NCBI GenBank assembly: GCA_036396655.1
Contig: DASWKK010000138.1
Location: 11,385-75,384 of the forward strand
Direction: 5' to 3'
DNA length: 64,000 bases
Source of the DNA: Acidimicrobiia bacterium
Lineage (GTDB): Bacteria > Actinomycetota > Acidimicrobiia > Spongiisociales > ZC4RG35
Below are positions 1-8,552 of the stretch, in pieces; the first letter of the stretch is position 1, and the number at the start of each line of letters is the position of its first letter. The position numbers and the translations under genes are program-made. The notes beneath the pieces were generated by a model. It ran no database searches. It was given only the letters and a program-made list of their open reading frames with translations, and was not told the DNA's origin.

Positions 1-2
1 AC

Positions 3-164
3 GTCGGGACGAGGCTGAACGGCAGCCAGATCGAGGCGACCGTCATAGGAGGCGCAGGTCATCCAGGGCTCCGCCTTTCCCGCGCCGACCTCGACGATCT
101 CGTCGCCTATCTCACCGAGTCGAAGACCGCGGTCGGGACAGGCGAAGGGGATGCTGCGCCATGA
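3..164 (+). CDS. 3' end of an upstream ORF, possibly a c-type cytochrome subunit (partial, runs off the window)
   Basis: Frame 3 is open from the window edge to TGA at 162-164. It reads ...GAGHPGLRLSRADLDDLVAYLTESK..., like the C-terminal helix of class I cytochromes c. ATGA overlap with the next gene. Confidence 0.35.
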   Translation, partial: VGTRLNGSQIEATVIGGAGHPGLRLSRADLDDLVAYLTESKTAVGTGEGDAAP

Positions 165-1228
165 GCGACCTCAGCGCCGCCGCCGCCGCCCTCGGTGTGC
201 CCGAGGCCATCGTCCAACGATCGGCTGCGGCCCGGGCGGCCGACACCGGTATGACTGTCGACGAAGTGCTCGCCGCCTGGGCCGGTGGTGAGGCCGCACC
301 GGGAGGAACCCCCGCCCCCGCCGAGGAGACCGCTGCCCCGGCACCCTCGGAAGAGCAAGCGGACGAAACATCCGCGCCCGACGAAGCCCCGCCAGCCGAG
401 CGAGAAACCGACGAACCCCCGTCGCCGGTCCCCGCCGCCGAGCAACCGGCCCAACGAGCTGCCGCCGTCACCAGGTCTCCGGTTCCCGCCGAGGTCACTC
501 CCGCAGAAGCGGCCAACCTTCCCGAAGTGATCACCGTGCCCACCGCAGGAATCAGGGAACGGATGAGCATGTCGATTCCCGGCTGGCTGGCCGCAGTGAT
601 GCTGATCATCCCGGCCTTTGCCCTGCTCGCCCTGGGCGGGTCGGCGACCGGCGTGTGTGGCGAAGCGACCGAGCTGGGCACCAACGTGATCACCGGTGAG
701 ATCGTCAACTGCGACGGCACCGAATTCACAGGATCCGGGGCCGACGGCGGCGGCGCTGACTTCATCGCCCAGGGACAGGCCTTGTACAACGCTGCCCCGG
801 GCAACTGCCAGGTTTGTCATGCGCCCAACGGCCAGGGCAGCGGTGCCATCCCCGCCCTCACCGGGGTTGTGACCACTTTCGGCGCCTGTGAGAACCACAT
901 CGAGTGGGTGACCCTGGGATCGACGGGCCTCCGCGCCGCCGGGCAAACCACATATGGAGACACCAGCAAACCGATAAACGATGGGATGCCGGCGTTCGGG
1001 AGCGGTCTCAGCGCCGAGCAAATCGCCTCGGTGGCCGCCTTCGAGAGGGTGCGCTTCGGTGGAGCCGACCCTGAGCAGACCCTGACCGACTGCGGCTTGG
1101 CCCCGGCAGAGGGCGAAGAGGGGGCAGAGGGCGAAGACGGGGCACCCGATGAGGAGCCGGCCGAGGGGGAAGAGACCCCCTCCACCACTGTGAGTGGCGG
1201 CGAGGCCGGTGGTGCCGGCTCCGGCTGA
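161..1228 (+). CDS. membrane-anchored c-type cytochrome (class I cytochrome c domain)
   Basis: Heme motif CQVCH, followed by a distal MPAF and LSAEQIASVAAF. One central TM helix (IPGWLAAVMLIIPAFALLALGG). Acidic/Pro-rich tails. Confidence 0.75.
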   Translation: MSDLSAAAAALGVPEAIVQRSAAARAADTGMTVDEVLAAWAGGEAAPGGTPAPAEETAAPAPSEEQADETSAPDEAPPAERETDEPPSPVPAAEQPAQRAAAVTRSPVPAEVTPAEAANLPEVITVPTAGIRERMSMSIPGWLAAVMLIIPAFALLALGGSATGVCGEATELGTNVITGEIVNCDGTEFTGSGADGGGADFIAQGQALYNAAPGNCQVCHAPNGQGSGAIPALTGVVTTFGACENHIEWVTLGSTGLRAAGQTTYGDTSKPINDGMPAFGSGLSAEQIASVAAFERVRFGGADPEQTLTDCGLAPAEGEEGAEGEDGAPDEEPAEGEETPSTTVSGGEAGGAGSG

Positions 1229-1231
1229 CCC

Positions 1232-1552
1232 TCAGCCCCGGTCGAGCCGGGCCGCGACCCGTCGCAAACCGCTACGAATCAATCGTCGGTCCATGACCCC
1301 TTCTGCCACCACCACGCCGTTGGGGGCGCGCAGCACCGGAACTCTCATACCGAATTCCTCAACCAGGGCATCATCGGTGTCGATGTCGATCTCGCGCACC
1401 TCGCCACCCCGCCTCATCACTTCCGTGTTCACCAGAGCCCGTGCATCGTCACAGAGATGACATCCGGACCGGGTCAAAAACTCGAACACAAATCCCTCAA
1501 GCAACCACTCAGAGTGACCGATAGTGACAAGGCATGCAGGAAGGAGAGTCAA
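1232..1552 (-). CDS. glutaredoxin-like protein (DUF836-type)
   Basis: CxxC motif in FLTRSGCHLCDDA, then VPVL...G, a thioredoxin-fold pattern. The true start may be the internal GTG (VFEFLTR...). Confidence 0.6.
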   Translation of the reverse strand: MTLLPACLVTIGHSEWLLEGFVFEFLTRSGCHLCDDARALVNTEVMRRGGEVREIDIDTDDALVEEFGMRVPVLRAPNGVVVAEGVMDRRLIRSGLRRVAARLDRG

Positions 1553-1647
1553 CCGTTCCCCTCATACCATGGTCACGTTCGTCCAGGTGTGAACGGATAG
1601 CCTCCCAGCCCGCCCCACGGTAACGGAACTTTCCTTCATGTATATAT

Positions 1648-1674
1648 GAGGCCCCCGCTTCTTGCGGGGGCCTC
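1648..1674 (-). terminator. strong GC hairpin, probable intrinsic terminator
   Basis: GAGGCCCCCGC-TTCTT-GCGGGGGCCTC: perfect 11-bp stem with a 5-nt loop, flanked by an AT-rich run (tatatat). Lies downstream of the minus-strand gene ending at 1781. Confidence 0.5.
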
Positions 1675-1780
1675 GTCGTTTGCGGATACCATGCCCGGGT
1701 ATTGCGTCCCGCCACCGCCATCGTCCTCGTCGTCCTCCTCGTGCTCATCGCCGCGGCCGGCATTTTCCAGCTGGTGGCGA

Positions 1781-2587
1781 TCATCTCCTCGTCAGGGTGA
1801 TCGCCGCCCCCGAGGACAGGTTCAAGTCCTCGACGGCGGACCCCTCCCGGACCGCGACCGCGATCAGGCCGGCAGAGTCGATGTGAAGCAGTAACGCTCC
1901 CACCGCGACGTCGGAGTAGGCGCTGACCCAGGGAATGGCATGCTGGGCACCCCCTACCTCGACCGTCACCATCGACCCGGGATCCAGACCCACCGCGGCA
2001 AGGTCGTCGGGGCCAATGTTGGTCTGTACGTTCCCATAGCCGTCCACCCACCAGGCTTCGCCGGTGACCCGAGCTCCCTGAGTCTCGGGGAGCGGAAGCA
2101 GCAAGGGCTGCACCGAATGTGAGCCCAGCACCGGGCCCAGCTCTTCGATCGATGCCTCCCCCGACGCCAGCAGGGCAGCGGCAGGGGCGAACACGTCCCG
2201 TCCTCCAAAGGTCTGGCCGGGGGAAGGGATCATGGCTTCCGGGTTCTCGATGGAGACCATGATCGAAGCCCCACCCATCATCGCAACCGCAGGCGAGAGC
2301 ACACCGTTGTCAGGCCCGACGAAGTAGCCCCACTCGGTCTTGACGGCAAGCGCTTGGCGATCGGACCCGACGCCGGGGTCTACTACGACAAGTGCGACTC
2401 CTTCTGGGAGGTATTGGATAGCCCGGGTCAAAGACAGCGCCGCGGCTCGGACATCGCCCCGTGGGGTCCCGTGCCCCACGTCGATCACCCGTGAGTCGGG
2501 TGCCAGACGGGCCAGGACACCATGGATCACGCCGACAAACTCGTCGGCAAGACCGAAGTCGGAGAGGAAGCTGATGGGAAGGGTCAT
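1781..2587 (-). CDS. SAM hydroxide adenosyltransferase family protein (DUF62, chlorinase/fluorinase-like)
   Basis: N-terminus ISFLSDFGLADEFVGVIHGV, then VVVDPGVGS and a C-terminal barrel region, all typical of the family. Confidence 0.85.
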   Translation of the reverse strand: MTLPISFLSDFGLADEFVGVIHGVLARLAPDSRVIDVGHGTPRGDVRAAALSLTRAIQYLPEGVALVVVDPGVGSDRQALAVKTEWGYFVGPDNGVLSPAVAMMGGASIMVSIENPEAMIPSPGQTFGGRDVFAPAAALLASGEASIEELGPVLGSHSVQPLLLPLPETQGARVTGEAWWVDGYGNVQTNIGPDDLAAVGLDPGSMVTVEVGGAQHAIPWVSAYSDVAVGALLLHIDSAGLIAVAVREGSAVEDLNLSSGAAITLTRR

Positions 2588-2667
2588 GGGGCGGTGTCCT
2601 ACATGCTGAGGAGCGGGACGCTAGCGACGCTTACGATGAGGGCGTCGCCACCACCTATATTGCCTCG

Positions 2668-3549
2668 ATGACCGAGACCAGCCACGACGCGATCGCTCGA
2701 GAGGTCTCGAGAGCCAAGCTTGCAATGCTGATGGGAAGCGTCGACACCGGCAAGACCACCCTCGCCCTTTTGGCGGCCCGGCTCGCCATAGGGTCCGGCC
2801 GCACAGTGGCCCTGGTCGATGCCGACGTCGGCAACTCCACGGTGGGACCACCGGCCTGCGTCGGTTTGAAGGTGCTGCGAACGGTCGACGACATCGACGA
2901 AGTCTCGTACCCGGACCGGCTTCACTTCGTCGGGACGATCACGCCGGCGCGCCTGGTCCTGCAACAAGTGGTGGCCACCGCGGCCATGGTCGACCAGGCG
3001 CGTCGTCTCGCCGATCTGGTGATCCTCGACACTACGGCCGTGGTCTCCGGCGTGGCCGGCGAGACCCTCAAGTATCACAAGGCCGAACTGTGCCGACCCG
3101 ACAAAGTGGTGGCTCTGCAACGTGGCGGGGAGATGGAACCTGTGGTCGGCATGCTCCGGCGATTCCTTGGTCTCGAGGTGACTGTTGCCCCCACCGATCC
3201 CAACCTGATACCCCTGTCTCCCGACGCTCGCGCCCAGAAGCGAAAGGAGTCCTTCACCCGCGCCCTGGCCCCACCCCTGGAGCGGTGGAAGGTGCGGCCG
3301 ACCGTGTTTGCCCCAACCCTGCCGATGGGGCTCAACCTCGGGCGTCTCGACGACGTGCTGGTGGGTGTCCAGGACGAGGGCGGGGGGTGTCTGGGTCTTG
3401 GGATCCTCAGCAACGAGGACGACGGGCTGAGGGTGATGACCAACACCGGCGAGGGGATGAAGGGTCTGCGACTTGGCTCGATGCGTCTCGACCCGGACAC
3501 GATGAATTCCACCGTGATCAGTCTGCGCGAGGTGATGTTCGGGATCTAG
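2668..3549 (+). CDS. Clp1/Grc3-like P-loop polynucleotide 5'-kinase homologue
   Basis: Walker A GSVDTGKTT, then VALVDADVGNSTVGPP (Clp1 D-x-D-x-G-type motif) and Walker-B-like LVILDT. Confidence 0.6.
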   Translation: MTETSHDAIAREVSRAKLAMLMGSVDTGKTTLALLAARLAIGSGRTVALVDADVGNSTVGPPACVGLKVLRTVDDIDEVSYPDRLHFVGTITPARLVLQQVVATAAMVDQARRLADLVILDTTAVVSGVAGETLKYHKAELCRPDKVVALQRGGEMEPVVGMLRRFLGLEVTVAPTDPNLIPLSPDARAQKRKESFTRALAPPLERWKVRPTVFAPTLPMGLNLGRLDDVLVGVQDEGGGCLGLGILSNEDDGLRVMTNTGEGMKGLRLGSMRLDPDTMNSTVISLREVMFGI

Positions 3550-3606
3550 TGCCCTGCCCCCGCCGGCCGATTCAAGAGACAGGCCGACATTGCCGATACC
3601 CACCGT

Positions 3607-4332
3607 ATGCAGGGGAAAAGGCGTTGGCTCACACTTTCACTGGTCGCGTCCCTGGCCCTCTTCGTGGTCGGGACCACCGCTGGTGCCGATTCCGGAACCG
3701 AAGGCGAGTTCCTCTCCAAGATCAACGCCACCCGAGCCGCCAATGGCCTCGGATCGCTAAAGGTCGACGGCGGCCTCCAGTCTCACGCTCGAGCCCACAC
3801 CCAGGACATGATCGATGCCGGAGAGATCTTTCATTCCAGCTCAGGCGAGCTGAGCTCGGCCGGCGGCAAGGGTTGGGACAAGATCGGAGAGAACGTCGGA
3901 CGTGGCCAGAGCACGACTTCACTGCATGAGGCCTTTATGAAGTCATCCGGGCACAAGGACAACATCCTCGGCGATTACAACTACGTCGGGATCGGAACCG
4001 GAAGCAGTGACGGCTATCTCTATGTGACGGTCGTCTTCATGAAGAAGGGCACCGCTTCCAGCCCGACCACGACCACTGCTCCACCCACCACGACCACTGC
4101 TCCAGCCACCACGACCACCGCACCGGCCGACACCCCCGCCGACGTCCCAGCCCCCGTGGAGAGCTCGGGCAAGACATCACCGGCAGCGGCGCCCACCACG
4201 ACATCGCCGACGACGACAACGACGGTCGCCCCCACCACCACCACATCGCTGATCGTGCCCCCCGACAAGCCGGTCACTGCCGGCCAGTCCTGCGTCGAGG
4301 CCAATCGCTACTTCCAGCTCTGTCACGACTGA
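3607..4332 (+). CDS. secreted CAP/SCP (PR-1-like) domain protein with Thr/Pro-rich tail
   Basis: Signal-like N-terminus. CAP motifs GENVGRG and MKSSGHKDNIL. C-terminal TTTTAP repeats. Confidence 0.8.
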   Translation: MQGKRRWLTLSLVASLALFVVGTTAGADSGTEGEFLSKINATRAANGLGSLKVDGGLQSHARAHTQDMIDAGEIFHSSSGELSSAGGKGWDKIGENVGRGQSTTSLHEAFMKSSGHKDNILGDYNYVGIGTGSSDGYLYVTVVFMKKGTASSPTTTTAPPTTTTAPATTTTAPADTPADVPAPVESSGKTSPAAAPTTTSPTTTTTVAPTTTTSLIVPPDKPVTAGQSCVEANRYFQLCHD

Positions 4333-4569
4333 CCGAGTCCCATCGGGCGACAGCAAACGCCCGAGTGACCCTCCAGAGTCTCCTCCGCACTTCCCCGAAC
4401 GGACGGTTCTCTGATTTGCCTCTCGGGCGTTCGCTCAGGCGAATCTACGGATTAACCGACCGCGATTCAATGTCTCCAAGTGTGACTTTGCCTATCGCCA
4501 AACAACACCAACCATCATCGTCGGAGACGCCATTGGCACGTTGGTGGCGGTTACCAACAGGAAACGGGG

Positions 4570-4605
4570 TTATCCACAGGAATTGTCCACATGGATGTGT
4601 TCACA
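4570..4605 (+). promoter_or_regulatory. cluster of DnaA-box-like 9-mers
   Basis: TTATCCACA (4570-4578), TTGTCCACA (4583-4591), degenerate GTGTTCACA (4597-4605). Same orientation, 13-14 bp phasing, in a less GC-rich spacer between convergent genes. Confidence 0.4.
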
Positions 4606-4610
4606 AGTTT

Positions 4611-5030
4611 CTAACCGGAATTTTCGCGACCCTCCACCAGCGCGCGGAGCATCGGTCGGAAACTCACCTCGACCGTGTCGTAGATCTCACCAAGAGCCAG
4701 GTCCAACTCCAGATCGGTCACCGAAGCCTGGTCGAGCCTTCCCCGGAGCACCAGACCACCCTCGTGATCAAGAGCGAAGAAGACACGCCAGGCGCGCATG
4801 TTCCTCTTCAGGGCCTGCCCGTAGAGAGCGACGGTGCCCTCTGATGCCGGCATCAGATATGCCTCATAGCTCAGGCTCCGTTCCCCAACGGAGAACCAGA
4901 CGGTGGTCGCATCCCTGGTCTCCTGACCCATCCTGACGGCCCACCGGCCTTCCACCTCCTCGGCATACTCGACGCTCGAGTCGGGATCTTCGAGCCACGT
5001 ATCGATCCGCCTCTCCAGGATCTCTCTCAC
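4611..5030 (-). CDS. YbjN-like (putative sensory transduction regulator / chaperone-like) protein
   Basis: 139 aa. The pattern (W.V....T.DATTVWF.VGERSL.YEAY) resembles the YbjN family. 4-nt overlap with the upstream gene. Confidence 0.5.
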   Translation of the reverse strand: MREILERRIDTWLEDPDSSVEYAEEVEGRWAVRMGQETRDATTVWFSVGERSLSYEAYLMPASEGTVALYGQALKRNMRAWRVFFALDHEGGLVLRGRLDQASVTDLELDLALGEIYDTVEVSFRPMLRALVEGRENSG

Positions 5031-5974
5031 GACCAGGTGAGCTCGACCAACGGCTCGAGCTCACCCACCGGCCGGCCCCCACCGAAGACCGGGGGCCGGG
5101 CGATGGCGAGGAGCCGGGCGGCGGTGTGAGGTGGAAGCTCGCCGAGAGCAAGCAGGGTGCTGACCATCGCCGAGTCGGCGACCTCCTGGGTTCCGTCCCA
5201 AGACTTGACCGCCAGGCCGAGACGATTGTCGAGTGCCACCCCGATGCAGCCCCCCGCGCCGCGTTTGGCGACGGCGTTCAATGCGGTAGCCACCTCGGCA
5301 TCCCCGTGCCCGGTGCCGGAAACCAGCGCCGGGTAGCGGTGCATGGCGCTGAACACCTCCTCGAGGGCGGGAAGGGTCGCCAGCCGGGCAAAGAGTAGGG
5401 CCATGACCCTGGTGGTGGTGCGCAGGACTGGCGCACCACAGCCGTCGATCCCGACCGGTGTGACCGGGTATTCCCCCAGGTCGGTGACGAACCGGGTAAC
5501 CCGGGTCTGAAGTGGATGATCGGGGGCGAGATAGCTCTCGATGGGCCCGGCCCCCGCCGAGCACGCTCTCAGCCAGGCGGCGTGCTTCCCCGAGCAGTTG
5601 TGCCAGATTTTCTGCGGCTGGTTTCGACCCATGGCTTGGTGACGTCGGGTCGCACTCTCCGACAGCGGCCAGATGGCCGGGCAGCGAAGAGCGGACGAGT
5701 CCAGTCCAGAGGCAGCAAGCATCGACTCGACGACGGCCACGTGGACCGGTTCGCCGTCGTGAGAGGCGGCCGCCAAAGCGAGCTCTACCGGCTGAAGGGC
5801 GGCCCCCTCCTGTTGGGAGATGGCGGCCTGGAACGGCTTGGCCGCAGACCTGAGAAAGAAGGGTCGATCTATCTCGCCTGAACTTGCGATCAGGTCACCA
5901 TCGGCGGAGACGACCGCCACGGCTCCTTGGTGATATGTCTCGACAAGACCCGAGCGGGTCCTTGCTGCCAACAA
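5027..5974 (-). CDS. asparaginase II family protein
   Basis: FFLRSAAKPFQA, HNCSGKHAAWL and GIDGCGAP motifs, characteristic of the Asparaginase_II family. Confidence 0.8.
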   Translation of the reverse strand: MLAARTRSGLVETYHQGAVAVVSADGDLIASSGEIDRPFFLRSAAKPFQAAISQQEGAALQPVELALAAASHDGEPVHVAVVESMLAASGLDSSALRCPAIWPLSESATRRHQAMGRNQPQKIWHNCSGKHAAWLRACSAGAGPIESYLAPDHPLQTRVTRFVTDLGEYPVTPVGIDGCGAPVLRTTTRVMALLFARLATLPALEEVFSAMHRYPALVSGTGHGDAEVATALNAVAKRGAGGCIGVALDNRLGLAVKSWDGTQEVADSAMVSTLLALGELPPHTAARLLAIARPPVFGGGRPVGELEPLVELTWS

Positions 5975-5976
5975 GG

Positions 5977-6507
5977 TCAGCCGGCGACCTGGGGCTCGCC
6001 CTGCTGGCTCCGGTAACGGGTGATGATCTCGTTCTGAAGGGCGTCGATCACCGAATGGAGCTGCCGGCGTTGCACCGAGAGCTGGCTCTCGACCTCCTGC
6101 AACCGCTCGATCGCTTCGCCCAACTCTTCGACTTCGAGATCGGGCAGTTGGGTGAGGACCCCGTCGTCCATGATCTTGTCGATGAGTCGACGGCCGGTGG
6201 TGGTCGGCAGCGGCGGCATGGTCTCGATGTGACGGAGGGTCGGCTCGTCGCCGATGACCATCCCCGTGGCCAGGATCTCGGGCAGGGCTTCGATCAAGGT
6301 GCGCTTCTCTTCGCCGCTGCGCCGGCGAAGCTCGAAGTTGAGCAGATCCATACGGCCGTGGAGAAGCCGGCGATAGTACGAGATCTGTGTCTCCACGTCT
6401 TCGGCGGTCTCACGTCGCTTACGTAACTCGTCGATGGCGAGCCCGGTGAGATCCTCGAGATACTCGGGCTCGAGGACCATGTCTATGCGGCGTCGTTGCT
6501 CGGTCAC
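5977..6507 (-). CDS. RsiG-like coiled-coil protein (candidate c-di-GMP-binding anti-sigma-type factor)
   Basis: Two copies of E-x3-S-x2-R-x3-H-x3-D (ETQISYYRRLLHGRMD at aa 39-54, ESQLSVQRRQLHSVID at aa 140-155) on predicted helices. This matches the RsiG signature except Q is replaced by H. Confidence 0.55.
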   Translation of the reverse strand: MTEQRRRIDMVLEPEYLEDLTGLAIDELRKRRETAEDVETQISYYRRLLHGRMDLLNFELRRRSGEEKRTLIEALPEILATGMVIGDEPTLRHIETMPPLPTTTGRRLIDKIMDDGVLTQLPDLEVEELGEAIERLQEVESQLSVQRRQLHSVIDALQNEIITRYRSQQGEPQVAG

Positions 6508-6517
6508 CAGATCAAGG

Positions 6518-7651
6518 TTACCTGCAGGCGGAGGCCACGGTCGGGTACGGGTTCACCGCGCTCGAGCCGCGCCCCCCTGGGTGGATCTCGAAGTGGAGAT
6601 GTGGCGAGCCACCTCTGGCGTTCCCCGAGTCGCCGTTGAAACCGATGGTCGTGCCCTGACTCACGCTTGCGCCCGACGAAACGTTGAAACCGGACAGGTG
6701 GGCGTAATAGAAGGCGATCCCGTTGTTGCCAATGAGCCAGATGGTCTTGCCACCCAGACCGCTGCTCCCGAGCAGGACCTTGCCCGCAGTGACGGCGTAC
6801 ATCGGCTCGTTCCAGGCGGCGAACATGTCCGTCCCCTTGTGCCGGCGACCACCCGACCTGGGATAGCCCCAGGAGTCGATGAACGAGGTTCGACCCGGAG
6901 TGAAGGGGCAGATGAACGAGCCAACCTGCACCGAGCCACTGGCCCGTTGCTTGGCCCGAGCAGCCAACTCGGCTTGCTCGGCGTCGTACTTGGCAGCCAG
7001 ATCCTTGCATCTGCCGGAGAGCTTGGCGTAGGCAGCCTGCTCGGCCTCCATCGCTGCCTCCTGGGAGTCCTTGGCGTCGAGTTTCTGATCTTCGACCACC
7101 TCCAGCTCGATCCGGGTGTCGTCGAGCTCACCCTGGAATCGATTCAGCTCGCTGCGCGCCGCGATCAGTTCGGAGATCGATTGCTGGCCACCGGTGGTGG
7201 CGGAGCTGAGGAACTCCGACGTGGTCATGTACTCGTCCACCGAGGACGCGGAGAGGATGATGCCGGGAGTGGAGAGCCCTCCCCTCATGTACAACTCAAC
7301 CGCTTGCTCTTCGATCTGGGCCTGAATCAAGTCCAATTCCTCGGAGTGGCTGGTGACCGAGCCGGCGACAGACTCTTGCTTGCGGACGACCCTGTCGACC
7401 TCCACCACCGCGCCCTCGTATTCCTCGGCGGCCTGTTGGAAGGCGCCTTGGGCGGCCCGATACTCTTCGAGCGCGGCGCGCGAGTCGGCACAGGCTTCGT
7501 CGACTTGTTTCTTGGTGACAGCGTCGCTGGGCAGAGCGAACATCGGAGCCAGCAGGCCGATCAAGACGAGGAGCATCACGACGCGAAACCGCGTCCTCTT
7601 GGCAGCCATTGCCAAAAGCGTAACCATCGACAGTGGCTTGCCGTAGTCCAC
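6518..7651 (-). CDS. secreted coiled-coil M23 family metallopeptidase
   Basis: N-terminal TM/signal, long coiled coil, C-terminal HKGTDMFA (HxxxD) and HLHFEIH (HxH) motifs. Confidence 0.85.
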   Translation of the reverse strand: MDYGKPLSMVTLLAMAAKRTRFRVVMLLVLIGLLAPMFALPSDAVTKKQVDEACADSRAALEEYRAAQGAFQQAAEEYEGAVVEVDRVVRKQESVAGSVTSHSEELDLIQAQIEEQAVELYMRGGLSTPGIILSASSVDEYMTTSEFLSSATTGGQQSISELIAARSELNRFQGELDDTRIELEVVEDQKLDAKDSQEAAMEAEQAAYAKLSGRCKDLAAKYDAEQAELAARAKQRASGSVQVGSFICPFTPGRTSFIDSWGYPRSGGRRHKGTDMFAAWNEPMYAVTAGKVLLGSSGLGGKTIWLIGNNGIAFYYAHLSGFNVSSGASVSQGTTIGFNGDSGNARGGSPHLHFEIHPGGRGSSAVNPYPTVASACR

Positions 7652-7692
7652 TCGGCCGATTCGACCCGACAGTGGTTACAGTCGCCGGCCAC

Positions 7693-7740
7693 GGCGATGG
7701 GGCTCGCCATAAGCGCCTGACCGGCTGATGGCTCCTGTAC
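7693..7740 (+). promoter_or_regulatory. fluoride riboswitch (crcB RNA motif)
   Basis: GGCGATGGGGCTCGCCATAAGCGCCTGACCGGCTGATGGCTCCTGTAC matches the crcB motif core (GGCGAUGG..UCGCCAUAA.CGC...GCU.AUG.CUCCU.AC). Sits directly upstream of crcB, with a GAGGA RBS at 7748-7752. Confidence 0.85.
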
Positions 7741-7755
7741 ACGACTTGAGGACCT

Positions 7756-8193
7756 GTGATGCCGTCAAGGCCAAGCATCGGGCGCAACCAACCGGAATCG
7801 CGTCGCCACCGGCTCCCCAACCCGACCAATCTGTTGGCAGTGATGGCCGGTGGGCTCGTGGGTTCCGCCCTTCGCGCCGGCATCGGAGCCTTGTGGCCGG
7901 CAACGCAAGGGGACTTCCCGGTCGGGAGCCTCGTGGTCAACCTGAGCGGGTCGTTCCTGTTGGGTTGGTATCTGGTGCGCCGCGAGTCGGCTGTTACCGC
8001 CCCATGGTCGATGCCGTTCTGGGCGTTCGGGTTGCTCGGGTCGTTCACCACGTTCTCCGCCTTCACCATGGAGGTGACCCGGCTTCTCGCCGACGGAAAA
8101 GGCATGGCCGCGACCGGTTACATCGGAGCCTCGACGGTCGGTGGGCTGATCGCGGCCCTGTTGGGTCAGCGTATCGCAACGGTGATCCGATGA
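7756..8193 (+). CDS. crcB: fluoride channel CrcB/FluC, subunit 1
   Basis: GSLVVNLSGSFLLG and LGSFTTFSAF motifs. Preceded by the riboswitch. Start is GTG 7756 or ATG 7759. Confidence 0.85.
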   Translation: MMPSRPSIGRNQPESRRHRLPNPTNLLAVMAGGLVGSALRAGIGALWPATQGDFPVGSLVVNLSGSFLLGWYLVRRESAVTAPWSMPFWAFGLLGSFTTFSAFTMEVTRLLADGKGMAATGYIGASTVGGLIAALLGQRIATVIR

Positions 8194-8540
8194 CCCTCCT
8201 GGTGACGATGGCGACCGGAGCTGTCGGCGCCTATTGCCGCTATATGGTCTCCGGCGCGATCCAAGCCCGATCCCGGTCCGGCTTCCCCTACGGCACTCTG
8301 ACTGTCAATCTCAGTGGGGCCTTGCTGATCGGGCTCGTCGCCGGGGCGTCCGATCTCGAATCGACGCTGTCACTGGCCGCGATCGGTTTCCTCGGTGGCT
8401 TCACCACCTACTCGACCTGGATGATCGAAACGATCCGACTCGGCATGCCACAACTGAGACTGAGAGCCGTCGTCAACCTGATGGCCACCTTGATCCTCGG
8501 CATCGGTCTGACCGTGGCGGGCTATAGCTTGACCACCTGA
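8190..8540 (+). CDS. crcB: fluoride channel CrcB/FluC, subunit 2
   Basis: ATGA overlap with crcB1. GTLTVNLSGALLIG and LGGFTTYSTW motifs. The start is internal to track ORF 7728..8540. Confidence 0.85.
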   Translation: MTLLVTMATGAVGAYCRYMVSGAIQARSRSGFPYGTLTVNLSGALLIGLVAGASDLESTLSLAAIGFLGGFTTYSTWMIETIRLGMPQLRLRAVVNLMATLILGIGLTVAGYSLTT

Positions 8541-8552
8541 AGGAGGGCAATC

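Noticed and set aside
4050-4265. Repetitive ACC/ACG-rich DNA considered as a VNTR or CRISPR-like array. Similar stretches occur at about 36560-36700 and 37190-37320.
   Set aside because: These stretches are in frame inside CDSs and encode Thr/Pro-rich linkers (TTTTAP and similar). There is no repeat-spacer organisation and there are no cas genes anywhere in the window.
4333-4610. Whether the DnaA-box cluster marks the chromosomal replication origin.
   Set aside because: There are only two good boxes plus one degenerate box. No dnaA, dnaN, rpmH or parAB genes are nearby, and no AT-rich unwinding element is evident. I report it as a DnaA-box cluster, not as oriC.
6434-7720. 428-aa plus-strand ORF antisense to the M23 peptidase gene. 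Similar long antisense or overlapping ORFs occur at 107-1021 (-), 2599-3603 (-), 46355-47470 (-), 58789-60042 (-) and 60527-61936 (+).
   Set aside because: Their translations are Arg/Pro/Gly-rich, low-complexity and motif-free. Each lies opposite a gene with clear family motifs. This is the typical stop-codon-poor antisense frame of GC-rich DNA.
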